64,000 nt of DNA, from positions 62,001 through 126,000 of the IMG/VR virus record IMGVR_UViG_3300031857_000002. One strand, 5' to 3'. The notes beneath the pieces were generated by a model. That model did no database searches and was not told where the DNA came from. It saw only the letters and a program-made list of their open reading frames with translations. Within the stretch, counting starts at the first letter, position 1. Each line of letters opens with the position of its first letter. Below are positions 39,065-48,753 of the stretch, piece after piece. The position numbers and the translations under genes were made by a program.

Positions 39065-40358
39065 CACCAAGTCAGCTAGTTTTTGCGCAGCCAAATGGTA
39101 CAATGCCACAATATGGCTGGGATCGGGACAGACCACAAGTTGCCATCACCCGCCAGCACATCATGTGACTGAAAAAGAAGTAATTATTAATCCTGCTGCC
39201 TTGCACAACACCAAGCAAAAACGTGATGATCGTGCAAAAATGCTGTCAGGTGAACGTCCAGCAGGTTGTGAATACTGCTGGAAGATTGAAGACATGGGCC
39301 GTGATGCTATTAGCGACCGTGTGTATAAATCACGAATATATCCTATAGAATCATTAAATGAAGCATTTGCTACTCCTGTACATGAAGATGTCAACCTACG
39401 CACCTTGGAAATTGCTTTTGATCGCACTTGCCAGCTTGCTTGCAGTTATTGTAACCCTGCATTTTCAAGCACTTGGGTCAATGATATCAAACGACACGGA
39501 CCTTATATTAAGCTGGAGTCAGATGGTCGCAACCACTTTACTCATGAGCATAATAGTGCTCAACTTTATAAATTCGGTGAGGATAATCCTTACGTCAACG
39601 CCTTCTTTGAATGGTGGGAAACAGACCTCCATCGAACCTTACAAGAACTAAGAATCACAGGCGGCGAGCCCTTGATGTCAGGTTATACTTGGAAGCTGAT
39701 AGACTGGTTCAAATTGAACCAAGGCAAGTCCAATACAAAACTAGCTATTAACTCAAATTTGAGTTTTGAAACTGAAAAGCTCACTGAGTTCATTGACGCC
39801 ATCCGTCCACTTCCGCATGTGGAACTGTACACCTCAATGGAAGCAGTAGGACGCCAGGCCGAATACATACGTGATGGTCTAGACTATGCACAATGGCTGA
39901 CCAACATGCACACGCTGTTAAGCAGTAACACAGTAAAAGCAGTTCATGTGATGTGTACAATCAATGCACTATGCTTGACCACCCTGCCTGAACTACTGGA
40001 TCAGTTGTTGGAAATGAAGCGCACATACGGGCGCGAGCGTGTGAACTTTACATTAAATATATTACGATTCCCTAGCTTTCAATCAGCACTAGTATTACCC
40101 AATGAACTACGCAATCAATTCCGGGACAACTTACAAGCCTGGGCAAACGCCAACAAAAATGATCCTGTGTTGCACGAGCACGAAATCAATCATACACAAC
40201 GTCTAATAGACTATTTGGATGTGGTCAAAACACCGCATTCAGACACATTTGAAATGCCCAAGTTGCATAATGATTTCCGTGAATTTTACACACAGTACGA
40301 TTCTCGTAGAAATCACAACTTTGCAACGACATTTCCTGAATTAAAGAAATTGCTATGA
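39030..40358 (+). CDS. radical SAM enzyme 2
   Basis: CQLACSYC and TGGEP motifs; N-terminal CAAKW, SCHH, CEYC. Confidence 0.92.
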   Translation: MNDLEFRQQHLDTKSASFCAAKWYNATIWLGSGQTTSCHHPPAHHVTEKEVIINPAALHNTKQKRDDRAKMLSGERPAGCEYCWKIEDMGRDAISDRVYKSRIYPIESLNEAFATPVHEDVNLRTLEIAFDRTCQLACSYCNPAFSSTWVNDIKRHGPYIKLESDGRNHFTHEHNSAQLYKFGEDNPYVNAFFEWWETDLHRTLQELRITGGEPLMSGYTWKLIDWFKLNQGKSNTKLAINSNLSFETEKLTEFIDAIRPLPHVELYTSMEAVGRQAEYIRDGLDYAQWLTNMHTLLSSNTVKAVHVMCTINALCLTTLPELLDQLLEMKRTYGRERVNFTLNILRFPSFQSALVLPNELRNQFRDNLQAWANANKNDPVLHEHEINHTQRLIDYLDVVKTPHSDTFEMPKLHNDFREFYTQYDSRRNHNFATTFPELKKLL

Positions 40359-41644
40359 CACAATACAAATACAACAGCAGTGATCTAGTTCGCGGCAATA
40401 TGTCAGAATTAACTGAACGTGAGCATTTTCTTTTAACAGAATCTAAAACATTCTGCATTTATCCTTGGATTCATTTACATGCTTATCCCACAGGCGAAGC
40501 ATATCCTTGCTGTCATGCTGAAATGGGTGTGGGACAAATTGGTAATTGCCGTACAAACACATTAAAAGAAATATGGAATAGTCCTGCACAAAAGAAACTA
40601 CGCACAGACATGCTGTCAGAAACACCCAATGCTGCCTGTGGACGTTGTTACGAACAGGAAAAGTCTGGCTTCTTTACAGGGCGCCAGAGTGCAAACAAAC
40701 ATCATGGGCATCATGTGGACCGTGTGCATTCTACAGATAGCACAGGGCAAGTTGATCAATTTGAAATGACCTATTGGGATATCCGTTTCTCAAACCTATG
40801 CAATTTAAAGTGCCGTAGTTGTGGGCATATCTTTAGTTCACAGTGGTATCAAGATCAAGCAAAATTAGCCGGCGGCGACTGGAAAGATCGCAACACAGTA
40901 CTAAACTACGCAGGCCGTACAGAAACCGACATGTGGGAACAACTAGAGCCCCATTTAGACTATGTAGAACAGATCTACTTTGCTGGTGGCGAACCCTTGT
41001 TGATGGAAGAACACTATCATATTCTTGATGAATTGGTCAAGCGCGGCCGCTTTGATGTGCGACTGATATACAACACCAACTTCACGCACACAGACCTTAA
41101 AGGGCGCAGTGTGTTTGAATACTGGAAACAATTTAAATCAGTTGCTGTAGGTGCCAGTCTGGATGCACACGGAGCACCAGCAGAGTACATACGCAAAGGC
41201 ACAGTATGGCGAGACGTAATAAAGAACCGTCATGACATGTTGCGCATTTGTCCCCAAGTGGACTTTTACATTTCGCCCACACTCAGCATATTAAATGCAC
41301 GACACTTGCCTGGATTCCATCGTGAATGGGTTGCTGCCGGACTGCTACGCCCACAGGATCTAAACGTAAACATCCTACAAGACCCTGCGTATTTGCGCAT
41401 AGACATTGCGCCGCCTGAATACAAAGCAGAACTAATCCAACTGTATCAACAGCATATTTTGTGGTTGCAAGGCCAAGACCCCTTGGGCCGTGCTACACAA
41501 GGATTTGAATCAGCTATCAACTATCTGCAGGCCACTGATAACTCGCATCTAATACCTAAATTCTGGGCCAAAACCCATGAACTAGATGCAATTAGAAAAG
41601 AAAACATCCTGGAGGTTATTCCTGAATTGGCAGCATTAAAATGA
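40355..41644 (+). CDS. radical SAM enzyme 3 (twitch/SPASM-like)
   Basis: CNLKCRSC and AGGEP motifs; N-terminal CIYPW..G.AYPCC...CGRC. Confidence 0.92.
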   Translation: MTQYKYNSSDLVRGNMSELTEREHFLLTESKTFCIYPWIHLHAYPTGEAYPCCHAEMGVGQIGNCRTNTLKEIWNSPAQKKLRTDMLSETPNAACGRCYEQEKSGFFTGRQSANKHHGHHVDRVHSTDSTGQVDQFEMTYWDIRFSNLCNLKCRSCGHIFSSQWYQDQAKLAGGDWKDRNTVLNYAGRTETDMWEQLEPHLDYVEQIYFAGGEPLLMEEHYHILDELVKRGRFDVRLIYNTNFTHTDLKGRSVFEYWKQFKSVAVGASLDAHGAPAEYIRKGTVWRDVIKNRHDMLRICPQVDFYISPTLSILNARHLPGFHREWVAAGLLRPQDLNVNILQDPAYLRIDIAPPEYKAELIQLYQQHILWLQGQDPLGRATQGFESAINYLQATDNSHLIPKFWAKTHELDAIRKENILEVIPELAALK

Positions 41645-43023
41645 GCACCTGGCAGGAATTTTATTCAGCAGTACGAGCCCCGCAGTGGCCCGACTGTGAT
41701 CACGAAGAAAATTTCACACAGCTTCCTGAGTTAATTCAATTGGAATGCATCAATCAATTTGGCTATGTGCCAAATAGTTTTCAAAATAAATCCAAGTTGG
41801 TTAACAAACGTTTTCCAATTGTGAGCAACACAGCTTGCCAGCTCAAATGGACCTGGAGCACTATATATCTAACCACCGAAAACACAGCCAGTTGTCACAG
41901 GACCAATCATCATCAGTTTGGGGATGACTTTGATTTTCATAACACAGCCAGTAAAATAGATGATCGTAAGAGAATGCTTGATGGCAAATGGCCCACAAAA
42001 GGATGTACCTACTGTCAAGATATTGAAACAGCCGGTGGACAAAGTGATCGAATCACAAACTTGAATTTTCCAGGAATTCATGCGCCTCCTGAACTGGATC
42101 AGAATCCTGTGGCAGTGCATGTTACTCCTAGAATACTGGAAGTGTACTTTGACAACACTTGCAATTTAAAATGTCTTTATTGCGGTCCGCACTTTAGCAG
42201 TTTATGGGACGCTGAGAATGTGCGGCATGGTGTGCCCGCATTTGCCAAGAGCAAAAATATTGAAAGCAACAAACAAAAACTATTTGAATGGTTAAAACTT
42301 CACGGGCACACGCTCACAGTGTTTAACATCCTAGGTGGCGAACCCTTATATCAGCCCGAATTAGAACAAGTGCTTGCACTGTTTGAACAGCATCCGGCAC
42401 CCGAGCTTAAACTACAAATGTTCACAAATTTAAATGCTCGATTGCCATACTTGCAAAAAATAATTCAACGAGTTCGAAAGCTAATTGACCGTGGTTGCAT
42501 TAGAGAATTTGAAATAACTGCCAGTCTAGACTGTTGGGGTGCGCCGCAAGAGTATGTGCGATATCCCCTAAACTTGCAAGAGTGGGAACGGAATTTTGAA
42601 TACCTGCTGGATCAATCCTGGATCAATTTGATCATAAACTCAACTGTGACTCCATTGACTGTGAAAACACTGCCAGACTTATTGGAAAAAATAAATCATT
42701 GGAATCATAAACGAAAAGTCTATCACTATCAAAACTCTGTGAACGATCCTGACCATATGTTCATTGATCTGTTTGGAGGTATATTTCAACAAGACTTTGA
42801 TCGTGCCATTGAATTAAAACCTGCACAAACGCCAGAAGAAATTGCCAGCAAGAATTATCTAATAGGTATAGCAAAACAAAGCCGCCACGGTGGACCCAAA
42901 CCAAAACAAATACGTCAACTGTTTAATTTTTTAAATACAATGGATCAAAGACGCAACACACATTGGCCCACTGTATTTCCTTGGTTGGTTGATGAATTTA
43001 AAAAATATAACTTAACACTATGA
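41641..43023 (+). CDS. radical SAM enzyme 4
   Basis: CNLKCLYC and LGGEP motifs; N-terminal CQLKW, SCHR, CTYC, plus an extra ~55-aa N-terminal module. Confidence 0.92.
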   Translation: MSTWQEFYSAVRAPQWPDCDHEENFTQLPELIQLECINQFGYVPNSFQNKSKLVNKRFPIVSNTACQLKWTWSTIYLTTENTASCHRTNHHQFGDDFDFHNTASKIDDRKRMLDGKWPTKGCTYCQDIETAGGQSDRITNLNFPGIHAPPELDQNPVAVHVTPRILEVYFDNTCNLKCLYCGPHFSSLWDAENVRHGVPAFAKSKNIESNKQKLFEWLKLHGHTLTVFNILGGEPLYQPELEQVLALFEQHPAPELKLQMFTNLNARLPYLQKIIQRVRKLIDRGCIREFEITASLDCWGAPQEYVRYPLNLQEWERNFEYLLDQSWINLIINSTVTPLTVKTLPDLLEKINHWNHKRKVYHYQNSVNDPDHMFIDLFGGIFQQDFDRAIELKPAQTPEEIASKNYLIGIAKQSRHGGPKPKQIRQLFNFLNTMDQRRNTHWPTVFPWLVDEFKKYNLTL

Positions 43024-43604
43024 ATGGACTAGCACTAGGTTGTAGCCACACAGCAGGAGTTGGGGTTGATCCCTCAGAATGCTATGTGTCATTGTTGGCT
43101 AAACACTATAACATTAACATTATCAATACTGGAGTTCCTGGCGGCAATGCAAATCACAGTATTGAAACTCTAGTAGCCCACATGCGCAACACTCCGCCTA
43201 AGTTTGTTATAGCACAATGGCCCAATCCCATTAGACGCACTATTTGGCATGGTCATCGTGCCAACAATGAAAATGTAAGTACTGCTGGTGTTGCGTTTCG
43301 TTCTTTATTGGCCGCTGGTGAAAAAAACTTTATTCTACCCTGGTTACAAAATATTATAACAGCTGACACATTGTGTAAACTGGCAGATGTGCCGATTGTT
43401 CACATTCTATTGGAAAATTTAGATTTAAAATATGTTGATATATTGAACAATCAAGGCATAGAGTTACACATGGATTTAAAATTAGAAGGCCGGACTTGGT
43501 TGTTTGATTCGCAAGGGTCGGACAATTTGCACCATTCAGCTCGATGTCATGCCCAATGGGCCGAAAGATTAATTGGATTATTAGATGAAATTACCACACG
43601 ATAA
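43020..43604 (+). CDS. SGNH/GDSL-like hydrolase or acyltransferase
   Basis: Block I-like ALGCSHTAG, GVPGGNAN, and C-terminal DNLHH. Confidence 0.65.
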   Translation: MNGLALGCSHTAGVGVDPSECYVSLLAKHYNINIINTGVPGGNANHSIETLVAHMRNTPPKFVIAQWPNPIRRTIWHGHRANNENVSTAGVAFRSLLAAGEKNFILPWLQNIITADTLCKLADVPIVHILLENLDLKYVDILNNQGIELHMDLKLEGRTWLFDSQGSDNLHHSARCHAQWAERLIGLLDEITTR

Positions 43605-44802
43605 ATTTTGCGTGTTACCTTGGGTCAGCCTAGAAGCCAGCCCCATTGGTACAGTACGTCCTTGTTGCTTAGCCGACGATGAGTTGGTTGATGACACAGG
43701 CGAGAAGTTCAGCTTGCTCACTGCTGACTTTGCTGACATACAAAACTCAGCCAGCATGCGTGGCCTACGTGAGCAGTTTCTAGCAGGAGAAAAGCCACAA
43801 ACATGTCGCAAATGCTGGATGGAAGAACGTGCAGGACGCACATCAAAACGCATGCACACTCTGGACCGAATGAAGCACATGGGCATTAGTTCAGACTGGA
43901 CAGCAGATGCCAAACCCTTGATGTTCTTAGATCTAAAGCTGGGCAACATTTGCAACTTGAAATGCCGTATTTGTGGATCCTGGAGTTCAAGTCAATTTGC
44001 CACAGAAGAAATCAATCAATTGCCCCGTGAAGAACAAAAACAATCATTTCCCTATCAGATGCTACGAGCCGGAGCATGGCCTAGAGAAAATGAAACTTTC
44101 TGGAACGAAATTGATCAGTGCTTAAATGACATACGTTATATTGAATTCACAGGCGGCGAGCCATTCATGATTGATCAACACTTTGTGATGTTGCAGGGCA
44201 TTGTGGATCGCGGTATTGCACATCAAGTGGAAATACATTACAATACAAATGGCACACACTATCCCGAGCAGGCCGAGCACATTTGGAAGCATTTTAAAAC
44301 AGTGGAAATAGCATTCTCTATTGATGACGTGGGTGAGCGTTTTGAATATCAGCGTAGCAATGCTGTGTGGACAGAAGTATGTGCCAATCTAGATCGTTTC
44401 CGTGATTTGAAAGAAATCCATTCCAATATTGTGCTACAAGTATGCACCACTGTGAATGTGTTTAATGTGCGCTACCTAGGCGAAGTTGCTGAGTGGATAG
44501 AAAAGAATCGTGACACATTTAATTTTGTGTACTGGAACATGATGCACGATGCTTGGTATTTTTCCATTGCCACATTACCTGATGTGGCCAAAGCAGCCAT
44601 TACAGAATATTTAGACTCAGTGGATACCATTTATAGAGATGAATTTGATCGCATAAGAGACTTTATGAACCGTGGTGCTTCGACAGATGGCAACATCCTG
44701 CGTATGCGTGTGCGTGATCTAGACCGTAAACGTGCGCAGAATCTTGCCACGGTAGAACCAGAATTTGCAGAATTAATTGATTATGACTACAACAAAACCT
44801 GA
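43585..44802 (+). CDS. radical SAM enzyme 5 (twitch/SPASM-like)
   Basis: CNLKCRIC and TGGEP motifs; N-terminal CVLPW..G.VRPCC...CRKC. Confidence 0.92.
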   Translation: MKLPHDKFCVLPWVSLEASPIGTVRPCCLADDELVDDTGEKFSLLTADFADIQNSASMRGLREQFLAGEKPQTCRKCWMEERAGRTSKRMHTLDRMKHMGISSDWTADAKPLMFLDLKLGNICNLKCRICGSWSSSQFATEEINQLPREEQKQSFPYQMLRAGAWPRENETFWNEIDQCLNDIRYIEFTGGEPFMIDQHFVMLQGIVDRGIAHQVEIHYNTNGTHYPEQAEHIWKHFKTVEIAFSIDDVGERFEYQRSNAVWTEVCANLDRFRDLKEIHSNIVLQVCTTVNVFNVRYLGEVAEWIEKNRDTFNFVYWNMMHDAWYFSIATLPDVAKAAITEYLDSVDTIYRDEFDRIRDFMNRGASTDGNILRMRVRDLDRKRAQNLATVEPEFAELIDYDYNKT

Positions 44803-46123
44803 CACCTTGTGCATGGCGCCATGGACGCACACATATCTGAGCCCGCAAACTGAGCGTAGAATGTGTTGTGCCAGTCGCGAGCCTGCACAAAACTTTGAAC
44901 AATATATAGACACAGCCGCAGGCACAGGTGTATACACGCCGATGTCGTTGGATGAACACTGGAATTCAGATCACATGAAGTCAGTGCGTCGTAGAATGAT
45001 GTCAGGAGAAACTTTGCCCGAATGCGATGTATGCAATTCAAAGCTGTTGAACACTGATGTGTATCGCAATTACTTTTGGTATTTGTTCAAACACAAATAC
45101 AGTGAAATAGCTACCACAACAGATGAAACAGGCCATACCACCATGCAGCCTGTAAGCTGGGATTATCGATTCTCTAATCTTTGCAATTTTAAATGTAGAA
45201 CATGTGGCGACATGCTGAGTTCAAGCTGGGAAACAGAGCAAAAGAAACACAACACCATTCACTGGGCCGACTCCAAAAACAACTGGATGTTGCCGGCTGT
45301 GCGTGATCAAATTTCAGCATTTCAAGACAGTCAAATTGAAGCAGAATTTGCTGAGGCCGTGGAACAACATCGTATAGAAGAAATATACTGGGTAGGTGGT
45401 GAGCCGTTAATGTATGAACAGCACTGGCGCTACATGAAACGCATAGTAGAGCTGGGCGATGGACCTAGAGTATATGCACGTTACAACACCAATCTGTCTA
45501 GAGTAGAATATAAAGGTATCAATCTTTACACAGACATTCTTGCGCACATACGTGATTGGCAAATTTGTGCCAGCTTAGACGGCACAGGTGCTGTGGGCGA
45601 ATACATACGCACTGGATTAAACTACGCAGAGTTTTTGGAAAACTTCAAGCAAGGCCAACATCATGCTCGCAAAACATTTAGAACGTTTAATGCCAAACAA
45701 ATGCGCTTGGACTTTACATTGACTCTGCCGGGCATGTTTGAAATTGCCAACATGGAAAAGTTGGCACGTGAACTAGATGTGGATTTGCTGACCAAGGTAA
45801 TCTTTAGCTTTGGCCCAGAAATTGTAATGAGTCCATTATGCTTGCCCCGTTCTTTATTGGAACCTTGGATAGATGAGTCACTGGCACAATGTCAAACCAG
45901 GGTCATGCGCGAAATGCTGGAGCAACTAAAGAAAAGACCCACGTTTGAAGAACAATGGCCAGATGAATACGCTGAAGGCATTCGACAAGGCAAAGCTCGT
46001 GTGTTACAGCTAGAAAGCATACGCACAGCGCCTACAGACATGGCTTCTATCCTGGCCCAGCGCCCAGAAATTAAACAATGGTGGGATCAAATTGCCGCCG
46101 TTCGTCGCTATGAAACAGATTAA
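44783..46123 (+). CDS. radical SAM enzyme 6 (twitch/SPASM-like)
   Basis: CNFKCRTC and VGGEP motifs; N-terminal CMAPW...RMCC...CDVC. Likely start is the ATG at 44783. Confidence 0.92.
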   Translation: MTTTKPDTLCMAPWTHTYLSPQTERRMCCASREPAQNFEQYIDTAAGTGVYTPMSLDEHWNSDHMKSVRRRMMSGETLPECDVCNSKLLNTDVYRNYFWYLFKHKYSEIATTTDETGHTTMQPVSWDYRFSNLCNFKCRTCGDMLSSSWETEQKKHNTIHWADSKNNWMLPAVRDQISAFQDSQIEAEFAEAVEQHRIEEIYWVGGEPLMYEQHWRYMKRIVELGDGPRVYARYNTNLSRVEYKGINLYTDILAHIRDWQICASLDGTGAVGEYIRTGLNYAEFLENFKQGQHHARKTFRTFNAKQMRLDFTLTLPGMFEIANMEKLARELDVDLLTKVIFSFGPEIVMSPLCLPRSLLEPWIDESLAQCQTRVMREMLEQLKKRPTFEEQWPDEYAEGIRQGKARVLQLESIRTAPTDMASILAQRPEIKQWWDQIAAVRRYETD

Positions 46124-47177
46124 AATAACTCTACGTGACTTTGCAACAGGCGATTTGTTGCCTGTGTACATAGATGTTGCAGACAACAGTCTAAGCCGCC
46201 GTTGGTTAACAGCACTAAATGAATTATTGCAAAACAATTATCATTTGGAAAAGAACTACTGCTGGTTTGGCTGGCCCAACGGTCCACGCACAGCAGAATA
46301 TATCTGTGATCAAATAAATCAATCAATTGCTGCCATTAATTTAGCCGATATGGGCTATCAAATTACAGATCATTTTGATACCTTGAATACCATTACAGCA
46401 GGTGCTGTGGGAGAAGGCCTGCCAGGCGGCAAACTCATACACGATAAACTAAACTGGTTGCATCGTTATTTTGAAGATTTACAAGGCGTTTCAGGTTCAA
46501 TGAGTCCATTTTACACTCGTGCTGATGCTGCCACACGCTGGCATATCCGACAGTTAAATCTCTTGTGTCACGAATACGAAAGTCTAGTGCTGAGCATGCG
46601 CAAGGCACAACACGCACCTGAATGGGTGCGCCCTAGCCAACTCATGTGTTGGCTAAATGCTCCACGTTTTGAACTAGAACCCGAAGACTACGAACTGTTT
46701 GGTATAGAAACAATCAATCGCAGCCTGGGCGGTGTGTATGCGGGAGTTAACAAAGCAGTAGGTAAGCATCACTGGGAAGTGTTCCATGACGAAGGGCGTG
46801 ACAGTCGTATTGACGAATTAACTACCACAAGTCTAAGAGCACAAACAGAAGCCGCAGGAGATTTTGATATAGAGTGGGCAAGAGATCCTGGCAAGTTCCA
46901 TTGGCAACAACAGCAGTTGAATGAGTTTCGAGACTGGCTAGTAGCCAATGGATTTGATCCCGACAACAAAGCACTCACAATAGGACATCCCAAAGTGGCG
47001 CAAGTTGATTTACTCAAGAGCTTTGGTACAGAAGATCACACAGAAATATGGTGTCAATTGAATGATCATTTAGACGTGTATAAAATAGAGACTGATCAGT
47101 GCGAAGCTACATACAACTATCACTGGAGCGACGCAGACTTTAAACAACGACAAATCCAGTGCATACAAGGAGCATAA
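46110..47177 (+). CDS. hypothetical protein, possibly metal-binding
   Basis: Long ORF inside the operon with LHRYFE and LCHEYE motifs. Likely start is the ATG at 46110. Confidence 0.7.
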   Translation: MKQIKITLRDFATGDLLPVYIDVADNSLSRRWLTALNELLQNNYHLEKNYCWFGWPNGPRTAEYICDQINQSIAAINLADMGYQITDHFDTLNTITAGAVGEGLPGGKLIHDKLNWLHRYFEDLQGVSGSMSPFYTRADAATRWHIRQLNLLCHEYESLVLSMRKAQHAPEWVRPSQLMCWLNAPRFELEPEDYELFGIETINRSLGGVYAGVNKAVGKHHWEVFHDEGRDSRIDELTTTSLRAQTEAAGDFDIEWARDPGKFHWQQQQLNEFRDWLVANGFDPDNKALTIGHPKVAQVDLLKSFGTEDHTEIWCQLNDHLDVYKIETDQCEATYNYHWSDADFKQRQIQCIQGA

Positions 47178-47179
47178 TA

Positions 47180-47281
47180 ATGAACTGGATTAAAAACTTA
47201 TACCATAGAATTCGATTAGAAATTCGTTATCGTCGCAAGCTAAAAGAACTGCGCAAAAGAGACCCATTTATCTACAAATGA
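47180..47281 (+). CDS. 33-aa basic peptide ending in DPFIYK, coupled to the carbamoyltransferase
   Basis: Not in the ORF track. Has an AAGGAG SD and reads MNWIKNLYHRIRLEIRYRRKLKELRKRDPFIYK; its TGA overlaps the next ATG (ATGA). Confidence 0.75.
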   Translation: MNWIKNLYHRIRLEIRYRRKLKELRKRDPFIYK

Positions 47282-48753
47282 AAATACTGGGAATTTCAGC
47301 AGGTTTTCACGACGCTGCCGCTACTGTGCTCCAGGATGGCAATATTCTTTTTGCTGGACATTCAGAACGATACTCAAAGCAAAAGAATGATGCCAACATA
47401 CATGCAGATCTACTAAAGGATGCACTGACACACAGAATAGATCATGTGGCCTATTACGAACGTCCGTGGCTGAAACAACTGCGTCAGTGGTATGCAGGAC
47501 AGGGTATTGAGTGGGATAAAATAACACTAAAACAGGTGCTGGAAAAACAGGTGCCTGAAGCCATGCAGTACATGCCTGCCACAAGCACACACAATCATCA
47601 TGCTTGCCATGCGGCAGCAGGATTCCAAACAAGCCCATACGATCGTGCCACTGTGGTGGTAATAGATGCAGTAGGCGAGTTTGACACAATAACAATCTGG
47701 GCGGCTGAATATGATTCAAAAGGCATGGCAAAGTATCGAAAACTTTGGGCACAACATTATCCACATTCAATTGGACTGTTCTACTCTGCGGCTACTAGCA
47801 GTGTTGGCCTACGCCCATTAGACGAAGAGTACATCTTGATGGGTATGGCCGCTTATGGCAATGCTATACAAGCGGTTAGCATGCAAAAACTAGTTGAAGA
47901 TTCAGATCAAATAAGATTCCGTGATAATCTACACACAGGAATAGACAGTCGATATCTGCAGGATCTTGAAGAATTTGATATTGCCTCTGGCGCACAAGCC
48001 ATTGCAGAACAACTAATCAACAGCGTCATGCGCAGAGCACGTGACTTCAAATTCAGCACTAATTTAGTTTACATGGGCGGCGTTGCTCTTAACTGTAGTG
48101 CTAACCGTAATTTAGGAAAGTATTTTGATAACATATGGATTATGCCTTGTCCTAGCGACGCTGGCAGTAGCCTGGGTGCGGCAGCACTGGCATACAGGAA
48201 ACAGATACATTGGACCAATGCCTACTTGGGTCGCAATATCCCTGGTGATTATCCTGTGGACGATATTATCACTGGCCTGCTACATGATAAAATTGTGGGT
48301 GTGGCCAGTGGTCGTGCCGAATTTGGGCCCAGGGCTCTGGGCAATAGATCACTATTGGCAGACCCCCGTGGCGCAGACATAAAAGATCGTGTGAATGACA
48401 TCAAGCGCAGACAGCAATTCAGACCGTTTGCGCCAGTCATTTTGGAGGAGCATGTTGATATGTATTTTGATATGCCTCATGGCTTCCATAACAGTAGGTA
48501 TATGCAAGTCATTGCTCGCTGTAGGCATCCTCACATATTTCCTGCTATCGTTCATAAGGACGGCACTAGTAGGGTACAGACTGTTCCCCAAGACGGATCG
48601 GGTATAAGGCAGCTACTAGAAGCATGGTACCGGGCAACAGGTTGTCCTATGTTGCTTAACACAAGTCTTAACATACGTGGAGAACCCATGGTAAATGATC
48701 GCGCAGACGCTGATAGATTTGAACAATTATACAGAGTAAAAGTCTGCTCATGA
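47278..48753 (+). CDS. O-carbamoyltransferase (NodU/CmcH/TobZ family)
   Basis: FHDAAA, ERYSKQK, HHACHAAAG, GGVALNC, EFGPRALGNRS, FRPFAP and LLNTSLN motifs. Confidence 0.95.
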   Translation: MKILGISAGFHDAAATVLQDGNILFAGHSERYSKQKNDANIHADLLKDALTHRIDHVAYYERPWLKQLRQWYAGQGIEWDKITLKQVLEKQVPEAMQYMPATSTHNHHACHAAAGFQTSPYDRATVVVIDAVGEFDTITIWAAEYDSKGMAKYRKLWAQHYPHSIGLFYSAATSSVGLRPLDEEYILMGMAAYGNAIQAVSMQKLVEDSDQIRFRDNLHTGIDSRYLQDLEEFDIASGAQAIAEQLINSVMRRARDFKFSTNLVYMGGVALNCSANRNLGKYFDNIWIMPCPSDAGSSLGAAALAYRKQIHWTNAYLGRNIPGDYPVDDIITGLLHDKIVGVASGRAEFGPRALGNRSLLADPRGADIKDRVNDIKRRQQFRPFAPVILEEHVDMYFDMPHGFHNSRYMQVIARCRHPHIFPAIVHKDGTSRVQTVPQDGSGIRQLLEAWYRATGCPMLLNTSLNIRGEPMVNDRADADRFEQLYRVKVCS

